Positions 1 through 11,021 of a stretch of DNA of 64,000 nucleotides are shown piece after piece. Location of the stretch: assembly GCA_947476185.1 (NCBI GenBank), contig CANJPX010000002.1, positions 2,810-66,809 on the forward strand, written 5' to 3'. The notes beneath the pieces were generated by a model, which was not told the DNA's origin, did not search any database, and worked only from the letters and a program-made list of their open reading frames with translations. Every line of letters begins with the position of its first letter. Positions within the stretch are counted from its first letter, which is position 1. This DNA is from Bacteroidota bacterium (GTDB lineage: Bacteria; Bacteroidota; Bacteroidia; 2-12-FULL-35-15). The translations under genes were made by a program, and so were the position numbers.

Positions 1-1
1 T

Positions 2-487
2 GCAAAGTATCCTAACTCGCCATATATAAAAGCTTTTCACGAAGGTGTTATTTCAAGTAAAAAATTGGCTATCGGAACTCAAGCTCCTGAGATCAACATG
101 AATACTCCTGAAGAAAAACCATTAGCCTTATCTTCTTTAAAAGGAAAAGTTGTATTGGTAGATTTTTGGGCATCATGGTGCGGCCCATGTCGTGCTGAAA
201 ACCCAAATGTGCTTAAGGCTTATAAAAAATACAACACAAAAGGGTTTGATATATACAGTGTGTCGTTGGATAAAGACATGGAAAAATGGAAAGGTGCTAT
301 CCGACAAGATGGTCTTATCTGGAAAAACCACGTTTGCGATTTTAAATTCTGGCAATCTCCTGTTGTGGCATTGTATAATTTTAATTCTATTCCTTCCAAT
401 GTTCTTATCGATAAGGAGGGAAAAATTCTCGCAAAAAATTTACACGGAGAAGATCTGGATAAAAAATTAGATGAGATTTTGAAATAA
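2..487 (+). CDS. TlpA/AhpC-TSA-like thiol-disulfide oxidoreductase (thioredoxin fold), C-terminal part; N-terminus lies upstream of the window
   Basis: Reading frame is open from position 2. WCGPC redox motif (FWASWCGPCR). The listed Met at 65 is internal. Confidence 0.8.
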   Translation, partial: AKYPNSPYIKAFHEGVISSKKLAIGTQAPEINMNTPEEKPLALSSLKGKVVLVDFWASWCGPCRAENPNVLKAYKKYNTKGFDIYSVSLDKDMEKWKGAIRQDGLIWKNHVCDFKFWQSPVVALYNFNSIPSNVLIDKEGKILAKNLHGEDLDKKLDEILK

Positions 488-554
488 GAACTTTTTAGAA
501 TGCATGAGGGCTAACCAATTATTGTCATGCTGATCGATTTGAAGTATTGACAAT

Positions 555-3500
555 TTGAAAAAACGATACATGAAAAAAATATCTTTTTTAACTTTATTCA
601 TCCTCCTTGCATTTTCAAGCCTTGTTAATGCACAAACTTATTTTCAACAGGAAGTTGATTACACTATCAATGTAAAATTGGATGATGTAAAAAATGAAAT
701 TACTGCGGATGAAAAAATAGAATATACCAACAACTCTCCTACCACACTCACATACATCTATATGCATTTATGGCCAAACGCATATAAGAACAATAGTACC
801 GAACTCGCAAAACAAATGCTTCAAAGCGGTGAGACAAAATTATATTATGCTACTGATGAGGAAAAAGGATTTATTGATCAATTGGATTTTAAAGTAAATG
901 GACAATCTGTAAAATGGGATTACCTGAAAGACAGCATCGATATTTGTAAGATAATTTTAAATGAACCGCTGAAATTCGGAGAAAAAATAATTATCTCTAC
1001 GCCTTTCCATGTAAAAATCCCTTCCGGAAAGATTTCAAGGATGGGACATATCGGACAATCCTACCAGATAACTCAATGGTATCCAAAGCCGGCAGTATTC
1101 GACAGAACGGGATGGAACCAAATGCCTTATCTGAATCAAGGTGAATTTTATTCTGAGTTTGGTAGTTTTGATGTCAGCATCACACTTCCAAAAAATTATG
1201 TGCTTGGTGCTACAGGTGATATGGTGGACGGAGAAAAAGAACTTGAATGGCTGGATAAAAATATAAAGGCTACTGAAGCTATGTCCAGCTTTGACAAGGA
1301 AGATCTTGCATTTCCGGCATCAGATCCTGAGATGAAAACTTTGCGTTTCAAACAAAAAAATGTTCATGATTTTGCCTGGTTCTGCGACAAACGTTACCAT
1401 GTTTTAAAAGGAGAAATTATCACGCCTCATACAAAAAATAAAGTAACCACCTGGACCATGTTCACAAATGCAGAAGGTAATTTATGGAAGCATAGCATTC
1501 AATATATGAATGATGCAGTATATTATTATTCATTGTGGAATGGAGATTATCCTTATGCACAATGTACTGCTGTGGATGGAACAATTAGTGCAGGAGGCGG
1601 AATGGAATATCCAAACATCACTGTGATCGGTAACAGTGGAAATGCCTTTCAGCTGGATATGGTAATCACTCACGAAGTGGGACACAACTGGTTCTATGGA
1701 ATGCTCGGTTCCAATGAAAGAGAACACGGATGGATGGATGAAGGAATAAATTCTTTTGATGAAAACAGATATGTAGAAACAAAATATCCCGACCAAAAGT
1801 TGATCGGTAATTTTGCTGATGGTCCTGTAGGAAAAATATTTGACCTTTCCGGTTATAAACACAAAAGTCAATATGAACTATCCTATCTTTTCTCTGCAGC
1901 AAAAAATGAAGATCAGGCAATAGAAACCCCATCTTATGATTATACCCAAATAAATTATGGAGGAATCGTTTATTCAAAAACAGCAATCGTATTGGATTAT
2001 TTAATGGCCTATTTAGGAGAAAACGAAATGGATAAAGCCATGCAAGCCTATTTTGATGAATGGCATTTCAAGCATCCTTTGCCTGAAGATTTCAGAAGAT
2101 CAATTGAAAAAACGACAGGTAAAAATTTAAGTTGGTTATTTGACGGATTAATAAATTCAACAAAAAAACTGGATTATAAAATTACATTCGTCCGTAAAAA
2201 TCAGGATGGTTCTTGGGACATTGGTGTTAAAAATAATGGAGACATAAATGGTCCTGTATTTATTCAAGGCATGCGGGATGGTAAATTAATTGGCGAAGTG
2301 GTATATGACGGGTTTGACGGAAAACAAGCGTTAACATTCCCTATCTCCGATATCGACTATTTTAAAATTGATGCAAATCAAGACATGCCGGAAATAAATA
2401 GAAATAATAACAGGATACGGACAAAAGGAATTTTCAAAAAAACAGAACATCTGAAATTACAATTTCTTGGAAGTTTGGATAACCCGGATAAAAGTCAATT
2501 ATTTTGGACTCCGATACCTGCATGGAATAATTATAATAAATGGATGTTCGGAATTGCATTTTATAATAATGTTTTACCACAAAAGAAATTTGAATTCGAA
2601 CTAATGCCGTTATATAGTGTCAGCACAAAGGACATCGCAGGATATGGGCACATCGCTTACAACATTTTTCCTGAAAATAATCTTCAACGTGTTACTATAG
2701 GAATTACAGCATCACGCTATACCTATTCAAATGATCCTTCGGATGCGAATAACGATCCACTTAATTTAAATTTTAATAAAATTGCTCCGGAAATAAATAT
2801 AAAATTTAAAAAAGCGGAACCAAGAAGTCCTTATAATTTCAACATCCGATACCGAAATATTACGATCATGAAGGAAACTTTTTTCGGAAACTACAGCACG
2901 CAGCCTGCAATATACAAGCGCGACACAATCACAACAAACTTCAACGACCTTAACTTTTCGTTTTCAAAAAGTGATGCCATCACTCCTTATGATATTAATT
3001 TTAATTTTCAGCAAGGAGAGAAGATCATGAAAACTTCCCTTACTGCAAATTATTCTTATAATTTTAAAAATAAAAATAAAGGAATTGATGTCCGATTATT
3101 TGCCGGGACATTTGTCGGAACAGATGCCGTTCACGCAGGACCCTACCGATACAGATTAAGTGGGCAAACAGGTTCACAGGATTATTTGTATGATAATATA
3201 TTCCTTGGAAGAAGTGAAACTGAAGGTCTGTTGTCAAGTCAGTTTACGAATACCGATGGCGGATTTAAATTTTATTCTCCATTAGGACAATCATCCACAT
3301 GGATTGCTGCATTGAATATCAAATCATCATTAGGAAATATGAAAGTCCCTATTAATTTATATGCTGATATCGGAACGGCAGATCCTGCTTCAATGAGTAA
3401 TGAGAGCATAGTATACGATGCAGGAGTTTGTATCTCCTTAAAGAAAAATTTCTTTGAAGTATATTTTCCAATATTGATCTCTCAGAATTTTATAGATTAT

Positions 3501-3599
3501 AAAAAGGCGAATGACATTAAATACCCGGAAACGATCCGATTTACATTAAATTTGAATTTGATCAATCCGTTTAGTTTGATCAGGAATTTTTCGTTATAA
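555..3599 (+). CDS. M1-family zinc metallopeptidase (aminopeptidase N-like), exported
   Basis: N-terminal signal peptide. HEVGHNWFYG...EGINSF (HExxH-x18-E) gluzincin motif. 1014 aa. Confidence 0.85.
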   Translation: MKKRYMKKISFLTLFILLAFSSLVNAQTYFQQEVDYTINVKLDDVKNEITADEKIEYTNNSPTTLTYIYMHLWPNAYKNNSTELAKQMLQSGETKLYYATDEEKGFIDQLDFKVNGQSVKWDYLKDSIDICKIILNEPLKFGEKIIISTPFHVKIPSGKISRMGHIGQSYQITQWYPKPAVFDRTGWNQMPYLNQGEFYSEFGSFDVSITLPKNYVLGATGDMVDGEKELEWLDKNIKATEAMSSFDKEDLAFPASDPEMKTLRFKQKNVHDFAWFCDKRYHVLKGEIITPHTKNKVTTWTMFTNAEGNLWKHSIQYMNDAVYYYSLWNGDYPYAQCTAVDGTISAGGGMEYPNITVIGNSGNAFQLDMVITHEVGHNWFYGMLGSNEREHGWMDEGINSFDENRYVETKYPDQKLIGNFADGPVGKIFDLSGYKHKSQYELSYLFSAAKNEDQAIETPSYDYTQINYGGIVYSKTAIVLDYLMAYLGENEMDKAMQAYFDEWHFKHPLPEDFRRSIEKTTGKNLSWLFDGLINSTKKLDYKITFVRKNQDGSWDIGVKNNGDINGPVFIQGMRDGKLIGEVVYDGFDGKQALTFPISDIDYFKIDANQDMPEINRNNNRIRTKGIFKKTEHLKLQFLGSLDNPDKSQLFWTPIPAWNNYNKWMFGIAFYNNVLPQKKFEFELMPLYSVSTKDIAGYGHIAYNIFPENNLQRVTIGITASRYTYSNDPSDANNDPLNLNFNKIAPEINIKFKKAEPRSPYNFNIRYRNITIMKETFFGNYSTQPAIYKRDTITTNFNDLNFSFSKSDAITPYDINFNFQQGEKIMKTSLTANYSYNFKNKNKGIDVRLFAGTFVGTDAVHAGPYRYRLSGQTGSQDYLYDNIFLGRSETEGLLSSQFTNTDGGFKFYSPLGQSSTWIAALNIKSSLGNMKVPINLYADIGTADPASMSNESIVYDAGVCISLKKNFFEVYFPILISQNFIDYKKANDIKYPETIRFTLNLNLINPFSLIRNFSL

Positions 3600-3608
3600 G
3601 GAACGAAA

Positions 3609-3849
3609 ACACACCCCTGCCCCTCTCAAGAGGGGAATTGATTGTGCTGACATTAAAATTTTATTTTATAATTGATAATTTTATTTGAAATTGAAATTAC
3701 GTAACTGAACTAAATGCATTCCCCTATCATTATGGGAATGGATTGTGCTGACATTAAAATTTTATTTTATAATTGATAATTTTATTTGAAATTGAAATTA
3801 CATAACTTAACCAGATGCATTTCCCTCTTGAGAGGGATTAGGGGTGTGT
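3609..3849. repeat. 241-bp composite inverted-repeat element: ~27-bp imperfect TIRs (ACACACCCCT..CCCTCTCAAGAGGGG) flanking a 101-bp unit duplicated in tandem (3640-3740, 3741-3841)
   Basis: Direct reading. The two 101-bp copies differ at ~6 positions. Three GC hairpins: cccctctcaagagggg, ttcccctatcattatgggaa, ccctcttgagaggg. Confidence 0.8.
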
Positions 3850-3866
3850 AAAATTTACGAAGCTAA

Positions 3867-4616
3867 ATGACCAATAACAAAAAAATATATTTTGCATCCG
3901 ATTTCCATCTTGGTGTTCCTAACTATGAAAAAAGTTTAGAGCGGGAGAAGCTTATTGTGAAGTGGCTGGATGAGATCAAACAAGATGCTCAGGAAATTTA
4001 TTTGATGGGCGATGTATTTGATTTTTGGTTTGAATATAAACACGCGATTCCGAAAGGATTCACCCGTTTACTTGGAAAAATAGCAGAGATCGTTGATTCA
4101 GGAATTCCTATTACACTCTTCACAGGAAATCACGATATGTGGATGTTTGGTTATTTACAAAAAGAATTGGGCGTGACTATTTACCGCAAACCGATCACAC
4201 GGGAATATTATGGTAAAAAGTTTTATTTAGGACATGGTGACGGACTAGGACCTGGAGACCATGGTTATAAGTTCATCAAAAAAATATTTGCCAATAAAAT
4301 CTGTCAGTGGTTATTTGCAAGACTGCATCCAAATTTCGGAATGGGCCTTGGTAATTTCTGGTCACAAAGAAGTCGATTGTCAAACGGACCAAATGATGCA
4401 CTATTTTCATCTGCAGAAAAGGAATGGTTGGCGATATACTCCAAAGAAGTTTTAATGAAAGAACATTTCGATTATTTTATTTTTGGACACAGGCATCTTC
4501 CACTTGATATTAAACTCTCTGAAAACAGTCGCTATATAAATTTAGGGGAATGGGTGAATTATAATTCCTATGCTGTTTTTGACGGAGAGAAATTGGAGTT
4601 GAAGGAATACAAATAG
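3867..4616 (+). CDS. lpxH: UDP-2,3-diacylglucosamine diphosphatase (LpxH family metallophosphoesterase)
   Basis: DFHLG, GDVFDFW, GNHD, GHGD, GHRH and LGEW motifs, colinear with E. coli LpxH. 249 aa. Confidence 0.7.
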   Translation: MTNNKKIYFASDFHLGVPNYEKSLEREKLIVKWLDEIKQDAQEIYLMGDVFDFWFEYKHAIPKGFTRLLGKIAEIVDSGIPITLFTGNHDMWMFGYLQKELGVTIYRKPITREYYGKKFYLGHGDGLGPGDHGYKFIKKIFANKICQWLFARLHPNFGMGLGNFWSQRSRLSNGPNDALFSSAEKEWLAIYSKEVLMKEHFDYFIFGHRHLPLDIKLSENSRYINLGEWVNYNSYAVFDGEKLELKEYK

Positions 4617-4637
4617 AATTGTTATTACTAAATATAA

Positions 4638-5636
<999 letters not shown>

Positions 5637-5677
5637 TTAATTTGTTTCTACAAAGATATATTGAATTGTGATGTTCA

Positions 5678-6553
5678 TTAAAAAATATGTTTCTCTGCAT
5701 GATACGAAGACCTTACCAATGGGCCGCTTTCAACAAAACGAAATCCTTTCGCAATTCCTATTTCTTTAAGTCTGGCAAACATATCGGGATGAATAAATTC
5801 AACCACAGGTAAATGCTTAGGTGTTGGTTGCAAATATTGTCCGAGTGTCAATACATCGCATCCCACAGCTCTCAGATCATCCATCGTTTCAATTATCTCT
5901 TGTTCAGTTTCACCTAAGCCCAGCATTATTCCGCACTTAGTCTTTACTCCTGCTTCTTTCAGTCGTTTCAAAACTTCTAAACTTGTATCGTATTTCGCTT
6001 GTATCCTAACTTGTTTTGTAAGTCGGCGAACAGTTTCTAAATTATGAGAAACAATATCCGGTTTCACATCAATGATACGTTGCAAATTTTCCCATTTGCC
6101 TTGAAAATCGGGGATCAGTGTTTCAAATTTTGTTTGCGGACTAACTCTGCGAATGGCATTTACGGTTTCTGCCCAGATTGTGGAACCGCCATCTTTCAGA
6201 TCATCACGATCCACAGAAGTAACAACACAATGTTTTAGATTCATGAGTCGCACTGATTCTGCTATTCTTTCCGGTTCTTGCAAATCAACAGCCAATGGTT
6301 TTCCGGTTGCAACATTACAAAATCCGCAAGAGCGTGTACAAATATTACCAAGTATCATAAAGGTTGCAGTACCTGCACCCCAGCATTCGCCCATATTCGG
6401 ACAGTTCCCGCTTTCGCAGATGGTATGTAATTTATTTGTGGATACGATCTGACGAACTTGAGCATACTCCTTGCCGGTTGGCAATTTTACTCTTAACCAT
6501 TCGGGTTTACGTTGAAATTTTCTTTCTTCTAATTGGGTAATAGTATCAGACAT
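5678..6553 (-). CDS. lipA: lipoyl synthase (radical SAM)
   Basis: CPNMGEC and CTRSCGFC cysteine clusters. 291 aa. Confidence 0.93.
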   Translation of the reverse strand: MSDTITQLEERKFQRKPEWLRVKLPTGKEYAQVRQIVSTNKLHTICESGNCPNMGECWGAGTATFMILGNICTRSCGFCNVATGKPLAVDLQEPERIAESVRLMNLKHCVVTSVDRDDLKDGGSTIWAETVNAIRRVSPQTKFETLIPDFQGKWENLQRIIDVKPDIVSHNLETVRRLTKQVRIQAKYDTSLEVLKRLKEAGVKTKCGIMLGLGETEQEIIETMDDLRAVGCDVLTLGQYLQPTPKHLPVVEFIHPDMFARLKEIGIAKGFRFVESGPLVRSSYHAEKHIF

Positions 6554-6615
6554 ATTGAATTTAAAAACTATGAATACAAATTTGTAATTGGGAATTTAGT
6601 GTTTCGCAGAATTGC

Positions 6616-7389
6616 TCAAAACCATTTCTTTCCCCAGACCATTTTTAAGTATAAGGAAACAAACACTTGTTGTTTTTTATTAAATGCCATCATTGGAAGT
6701 GCTACTGGATAAATGTCAACAACAGCACCTGTTTCTAACGCTTTTATAACATTGTATCGCTTACCGTATTCAAAACTCAATGCGATCTTCGCGTATCCTG
6801 CGGGATAGATCCTGGTTTTATCAATGCCTTTGAAAAATGGAGCCTTTCCATAAATTTCGGATGGCATATGTTTGTCGGGGTCGTATCGTTCTGTCGACAC
6901 AGAATTTACAGATGGATCGGCTGTTGGCGTAATGATCTCCAAATACACAGGTTTTGCGAAAGCCAACGTTGCTCCCACAAAATAGGAATAACGTATCTCA
7001 ACATTCTTTTTTTCTGTTTTTTCAAATAGTATATTTTGATATCCTAAACCCGGACGGATCAAAAGAAAAGAATTTAATTTTCCATAAATAAATCCTTTGG
7101 AATTATCATAATAAGAGTTGACACTTTTGATCTCTTTTGGATGTTTAAAATTTTGTACTTCTATCTCGTACATTCTTTTTCGAGTCCCATGAACATGATA
7201 TCCTCTGCGATAAGCAAGTCCGATCCCACCGGCTGAATGCACAAACAAACTAAAGCTAGACTCGTTCCGGTAAAGCACTTTCAGATCTTCTCCGTTTTCT
7301 AAACGAGTAAGATCATCCTTCAACTCCTGACCGATAATAGGGAAAGAAAAAAGAGAAAATAAAATAAAAAAATAGATATTCTTACGCAT
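6616..7389 (-). CDS. hypothetical exported protein
   Basis: Internal Met (MRKNIYFFILFSLFSFPIIGQ) gives a clean signal peptide; the listed upstream extension is unlikely. No recognisable domain. Confidence 0.5.
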   Translation of the reverse strand: MRKNIYFFILFSLFSFPIIGQELKDDLTRLENGEDLKVLYRNESSFSLFVHSAGGIGLAYRRGYHVHGTRKRMYEIEVQNFKHPKEIKSVNSYYDNSKGFIYGKLNSFLLIRPGLGYQNILFEKTEKKNVEIRYSYFVGATLAFAKPVYLEIITPTADPSVNSVSTERYDPDKHMPSEIYGKAPFFKGIDKTRIYPAGYAKIALSFEYGKRYNVIKALETGAVVDIYPVALPMMAFNKKQQVFVSLYLKMVWGKKWF

Positions 7390-7464
7390 TCGTTTACCTT
7401 TGCGAAGGATTTTTATTATTACAAATATACAAAACAAAACAGCAATTTCCCACACCAAAAAACG

Positions 7465-7869
7465 ATGAAAACATCAAAAATAGTATACAAAGGCAACCTT
7501 CGCACAGAAGCAACACATTTACAATCAGGCAAAACCATTATAACCGATGCTCCTCTTGATAATAACGGCAAAGGAGAGGCTTTTTCACCCACCGACATGT
7601 TAGCTACTTCGTTGGGTTGTTGTGCGTTAACAATCATGGGAATTGTTGCTGAAAGACATAGCATAAACATAGAAGGAACCAGTATCGAGATCACAAAGGT
7701 CATGAAATCGGATCCAAGAAGAGTGGGAGAAATAATTGTTGAATTTACTTTACCAAAAAATAATTATAGCGAAAAGGAAAAGAATTTTTTGGAAAATGCA
7801 GCAAATACTTGTCCGGTTGCAAAAAGTTTAAGTGCAGAATTAATACAAACTGTAATCTTTAACTATTGA
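7465..7869 (+). CDS. OsmC/Ohr-family peroxiredoxin-like protein
   Basis: 134 aa. Two conserved Cys (LGCCA...CPVAKSL) typical of the OsmC family. Confidence 0.75.
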   Translation: MKTSKIVYKGNLRTEATHLQSGKTIITDAPLDNNGKGEAFSPTDMLATSLGCCALTIMGIVAERHSINIEGTSIEITKVMKSDPRRVGEIIVEFTLPKNNYSEKEKNFLENAANTCPVAKSLSAELIQTVIFNY

Positions 7870-8206
7870 TTGCAGCTTCAATATCGGAAGCAGAAATATT
7901 AGAATGGGAAGCGGCATAAATACATTTCCCATTTTTTATTACCAAAACCTGAGGAGATTCATGAGGAATGGAAAACACACTTTCTATTTTATTGGAAATA
8001 TTTCGATAATTCAGAAGATCTAATAGATAGGTTGGAACTTCCGTTTCAGAAAGTTGCCATGAACGCTCCAATCTATTTAACGCCATTGAACTTATTGAAC
8101 AACGCGTACTGTGCTTCAGCAAAACAACAGCTTTGATTCCGTTTGTTTGCGACAATAAATTAATATCCATCAACTGTTCTTCAGTGATGAGCGGCAACCA
8201 ATTCAT
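7859..8206 (-). CDS. YtxJ/BrxC-like thioredoxin-fold protein (DUF2847, bacillithiol-system-like monothiol redox protein)
   Basis: 115 aa. LKHSTRCSIS resembles the TCPIS motif of YtxJ. Overlaps the OsmC gene 3' end by 11 bp (convergent). Confidence 0.55.
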   Translation of the reverse strand: MNWLPLITEEQLMDINLLSQTNGIKAVVLLKHSTRCSISSMALNRLERSWQLSETEVPTYLLDLLNYRNISNKIESVFSIPHESPQVLVIKNGKCIYAASHSNISASDIEAAINS

Positions 8207-8219
8207 GAAATAATGGTAA

Positions 8220-8357
8220 TTAAAGTGGACGTTCCGATGGAATTGTTTTCACCTTTTGGATCTGAGTTGTAACACCAACGCAAGCATGAGGCTTACAAGA
8301 CGTAAAGATCGATCCTAGAAATAATACAGCTAAGGCAACAATTACAAGTTTCTTCAT
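8220..8357 (-). CDS. small lipoprotein (45 aa), paralog of adjacent gene
   Basis: MKKLVIVALAVLFLGSIFTSC KPHAC...; start at the internal Met with signal peptide. Confidence 0.45.
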   Translation of the reverse strand: MKKLVIVALAVLFLGSIFTSCKPHACVGVTTQIQKVKTIPSERPL

Positions 8358-8379
8358 CGGAAAATACGGGGTTTTAGAA

Positions 8380-8532
8380 TTAGATTGATTTTTCTGTTTT
8401 ATCAGATACTTTTTTACCAGAGTCAATTTTGTTTATTTTCCCATAAGCAGCGCAGCGCTCATGACTTCTGCATGACGAAAGAGAAGCGCCAACAAAAACA
8501 ACCGACAGAATGATTACTAGGAATTTTTTCAT
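8380..8532 (-). CDS. small lipoprotein (50 aa), paralog of adjacent gene; below the ORF-track length cutoff
   Basis: Hand translation: MKKFLVIILSVVFVGASLSSCRSHERCAAYGKINKIDSGKKVSDKTEKSI. Same MKKxLVI...SC(K/R)xHxxC layout as 8220..8357. Confidence 0.4.
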   Translation of the reverse strand: MKKFLVIILSVVFVGASLSSCRSHERCAAYGKINKIDSGKKVSDKTEKSI

Positions 8533-8685
8533 GCGAGATATGATAATATTTTAGTACTTATGATCGTAAGATGAATTGCAAAGTTAAAATAATTATAGAT
8601 TTATGCAAACCATTTGGCAACTATTTTTTGCACAAAAGTGCAAAAGTCCCAAATTACCTTACTTTTGCTTTCAAAACACGAAAAA

Positions 8686-9366
8686 ATGGTAAAAACCGAT
8701 GTAGATATTCATAAAAGTTGGAAAAAAGTGCTGAATAATGAATTTTCATCACCCTATTTTTCGGATCTAAAAACTTTTCTGACCAACGAAAAAAAGAAGC
8801 ATATCGTATATCCTCCGGGGAATCAAATTTTTGCAGCCTTTAATCGCACACCTTTTGATAAGGTTAAGGTTGTCATAATCGGACAAGATCCCTATCACGG
8901 GCCCGGGCAGGCAAATGGACTATGTTTTTCTGTTAGTCCGGGGATACGGAAACCGCCTTCGCTCGTCAATGTTTTTAAAGAACTGCAAACCGATCTTGGC
9001 ATTCCAATACCTCAGGATGGAAACCTGGAGCCTTGGGCCGACCAAGGTGTACTTTTGCTGAATGCTACCTTAACCGTAAAATCGGGGATGCCGGGATCTC
9101 ATCAAAAAAAAGGCTGGGACAAATTTACTGATGCTGTTATCAAAGCTGTATCCGATAATAAAAAAGGTGTGGTATTCTTATTATGGGGGAATTTTGCTCA
9201 AACGAAAGCCGAATTGATCGATAAAGAAAAACACTTTATCCTGGCAGCAGCACATCCTTCACCACTGGCGAGAGGTGCTTTTTTTGGCTGCAAACATTTT
9301 TCAAAAACCAATAAACTGCTCGAGCACAATGGTATCTTACCGATAGACTGGCGCATCGAAAAATAG
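8686..9366 (+). CDS. ung: uracil-DNA glycosylase
   Basis: GQDPYHGPGQANGLCFSV motif and HPSPL motif. Start placed at the internal Met (MVKTDV...), giving the usual ~226 aa. Confidence 0.9.
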   Translation: MVKTDVDIHKSWKKVLNNEFSSPYFSDLKTFLTNEKKKHIVYPPGNQIFAAFNRTPFDKVKVVIIGQDPYHGPGQANGLCFSVSPGIRKPPSLVNVFKELQTDLGIPIPQDGNLEPWADQGVLLLNATLTVKSGMPGSHQKKGWDKFTDAVIKAVSDNKKGVVFLLWGNFAQTKAELIDKEKHFILAAAHPSPLARGAFFGCKHFSKTNKLLEHNGILPIDWRIEK

Positions 9367-9418
9367 AAAAGCCTACAACACAATAAGAGCTATAGGCAAT
9401 CCCATCCCACAAAAAAAA

Positions 9419-10798
9419 TTATTGTTTGATAATTTTATCTACATATTTAAAGTCCTTTGAACTTACTTCCATAAAATAAATACCATTTTGAAATCCCGAA
9501 AGATCGATGGACTGAAATTGTTTTTGATCCGCTGTCGCACTTATTTGATCACGATAAATAATTTCTCCAATAACATTCGTCAGGCAAACAGTAACCAATT
9601 CATTTGTTTTTGGTGTGTAACAAATATTTATTAAAGCGTTTGTCGGATTCGGATAAACGCCAAACCCATCGACCGCTGAATTAACCATGATCCCTGTGAC
9701 AGTTATATTGATTGTATTCGAAGGATATGGGCAGGCATTATAATAAGTTACTTCAACATAATAATTTCCTGCAGCAGTGGTTGTGTAATTTTGAGAAACA
9801 GCACCGGGAATCACTGACCCGTTAAAATACCACTGGTATGTAGTTGCAGCCGTTGAAGTTAATACAGCTCCAACCTGAGTGATCACGGGATTAGAAATAG
9901 CGCAGGACTGATTGTGTGTAATGCGGGGAGATATTGCCAAAGAATCGTTAAAAACATTCCATGAATTACACATATCCTTTAAGTAATATTCCAGCCACAA
10001 CTTTAAAAAATCAGAAGCTGCATCTTGCTGTTGCGTTCGTGTGATCGTTGGTGTCGGAGAGCAGGTAGATTCACCAAATGTGCAATTAAAATTACTGTTT
10101 GCAAATTCGCAATGTGCAGCACCTTTCACACTGATGAAGGTTTTGCATGTGGCACCACATGAATCATACATTTTGATCTGATGATCAACAGGAGGCGCCA
10201 CACAATCATTTTGTCCTGCAAAAACAAGGGTAGGAACCGATACAGTTGCGGCAGCAGTTATTGAAGAAGGAGTGGTATTTGCAGCAGCAAATGTTACCAT
10301 AGTTGTTATTGAAGTATTACTTGCAGCAGCTAAAAAGGAACTGCCTCCGCCCATGGAATGCCCCATTATCGCCGACTTATTATTTATATGATTGTAAAAA
10401 AGTGAAGCTGCATTTGTAGCACTTTCACTTTGCATTTTTGTCACCAGGAAGGCCAGATCTTTACCAAATTCAGCATGAACAGGACTAAAACCACCTTCTG
10501 TACGAGGGAAAGCAACAATATAACCTTGGGGAACCAGGTCTTCCCAGATATTCTGATAGGCATCCCAGGTCATAACAAAACCATGGCCGAACACAATGAT
10601 CGGAAAGGTACCGGCTGAAACAGGAACACTGGTACCTGCCGTAGTTGCAGGATAATATATTTCGGTTTGTATACTCCGGCTGCTTCGCGCAGGATCCGTG
10701 AAGGTTATCTGGGTATGGCCAATTTGAAATGGCTGGCCATTGGCTATTACTGAAACAAATAGCGACAAAGAGAAAATAAAGTAACAGATCTTTTTCAT
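9419..10798 (-). CDS. secreted alpha/beta hydrolase (cutinase/PETase-like dienelactone-hydrolase fold) with T9SS C-terminal sorting domain
   Basis: Signal peptide. GHSMGGG nucleophile elbow. Cys-rich region after the catalytic domain. C-terminal ~80 aa beta-sandwich ending ...GIYFMEVSSKDFKYVDKIIKQ, typical of a T9SS CTD. Confidence 0.7.
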   Translation of the reverse strand: MKKICYFIFSLSLFVSVIANGQPFQIGHTQITFTDPARSSRSIQTEIYYPATTAGTSVPVSAGTFPIIVFGHGFVMTWDAYQNIWEDLVPQGYIVAFPRTEGGFSPVHAEFGKDLAFLVTKMQSESATNAASLFYNHINNKSAIMGHSMGGGSSFLAAASNTSITTMVTFAAANTTPSSITAAATVSVPTLVFAGQNDCVAPPVDHQIKMYDSCGATCKTFISVKGAAHCEFANSNFNCTFGESTCSPTPTITRTQQQDAASDFLKLWLEYYLKDMCNSWNVFNDSLAISPRITHNQSCAISNPVITQVGAVLTSTAATTYQWYFNGSVIPGAVSQNYTTTAAGNYYVEVTYYNACPYPSNTINITVTGIMVNSAVDGFGVYPNPTNALINICYTPKTNELVTVCLTNVIGEIIYRDQISATADQKQFQSIDLSGFQNGIYFMEVSSKDFKYVDKIIKQ

Positions 10799-11021
10799 GA
10801 TTTATTTTTTCACAAATATCCAATACAGAAAAGTTAAATAAAAGTCTTTTGCAGACTCTCGCATCAGACAAAAAATATACATTTATTAGGACCAGGTATC
10901 AAACTTATCTCTAGTTTATAATAAAGAAGCGAAAATTTAATCTCTCATCCAAAAGAGAAAATCAGAATACAAATTTTTTATTCGGTTAATTTTAGATACT
11001 TTAGGGCTAGAAAAAACAATC

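Noticed and set aside
173-487. Small ORFs (60-92 aa) nested in or antisense to the TlpA-like gene, and similar antisense ORFs inside gap, lipA, alaS, hutU, eno, gltA, pheT and tex
   Set aside because: They overlap confidently identified conserved CDSs in the opposite or alternate frame, and their products look non-protein-like.
3609-3849. Possible mini-CRISPR array (hairpin-like 'repeats' separated by ~90-bp 'spacers')
   Set aside because: The 'spacers' are the same sequence twice. The hairpin 'repeats' differ from each other. There are only two units and no cas genes nearby. This is a tandem duplication inside an inverted-repeat element, not a CRISPR array.
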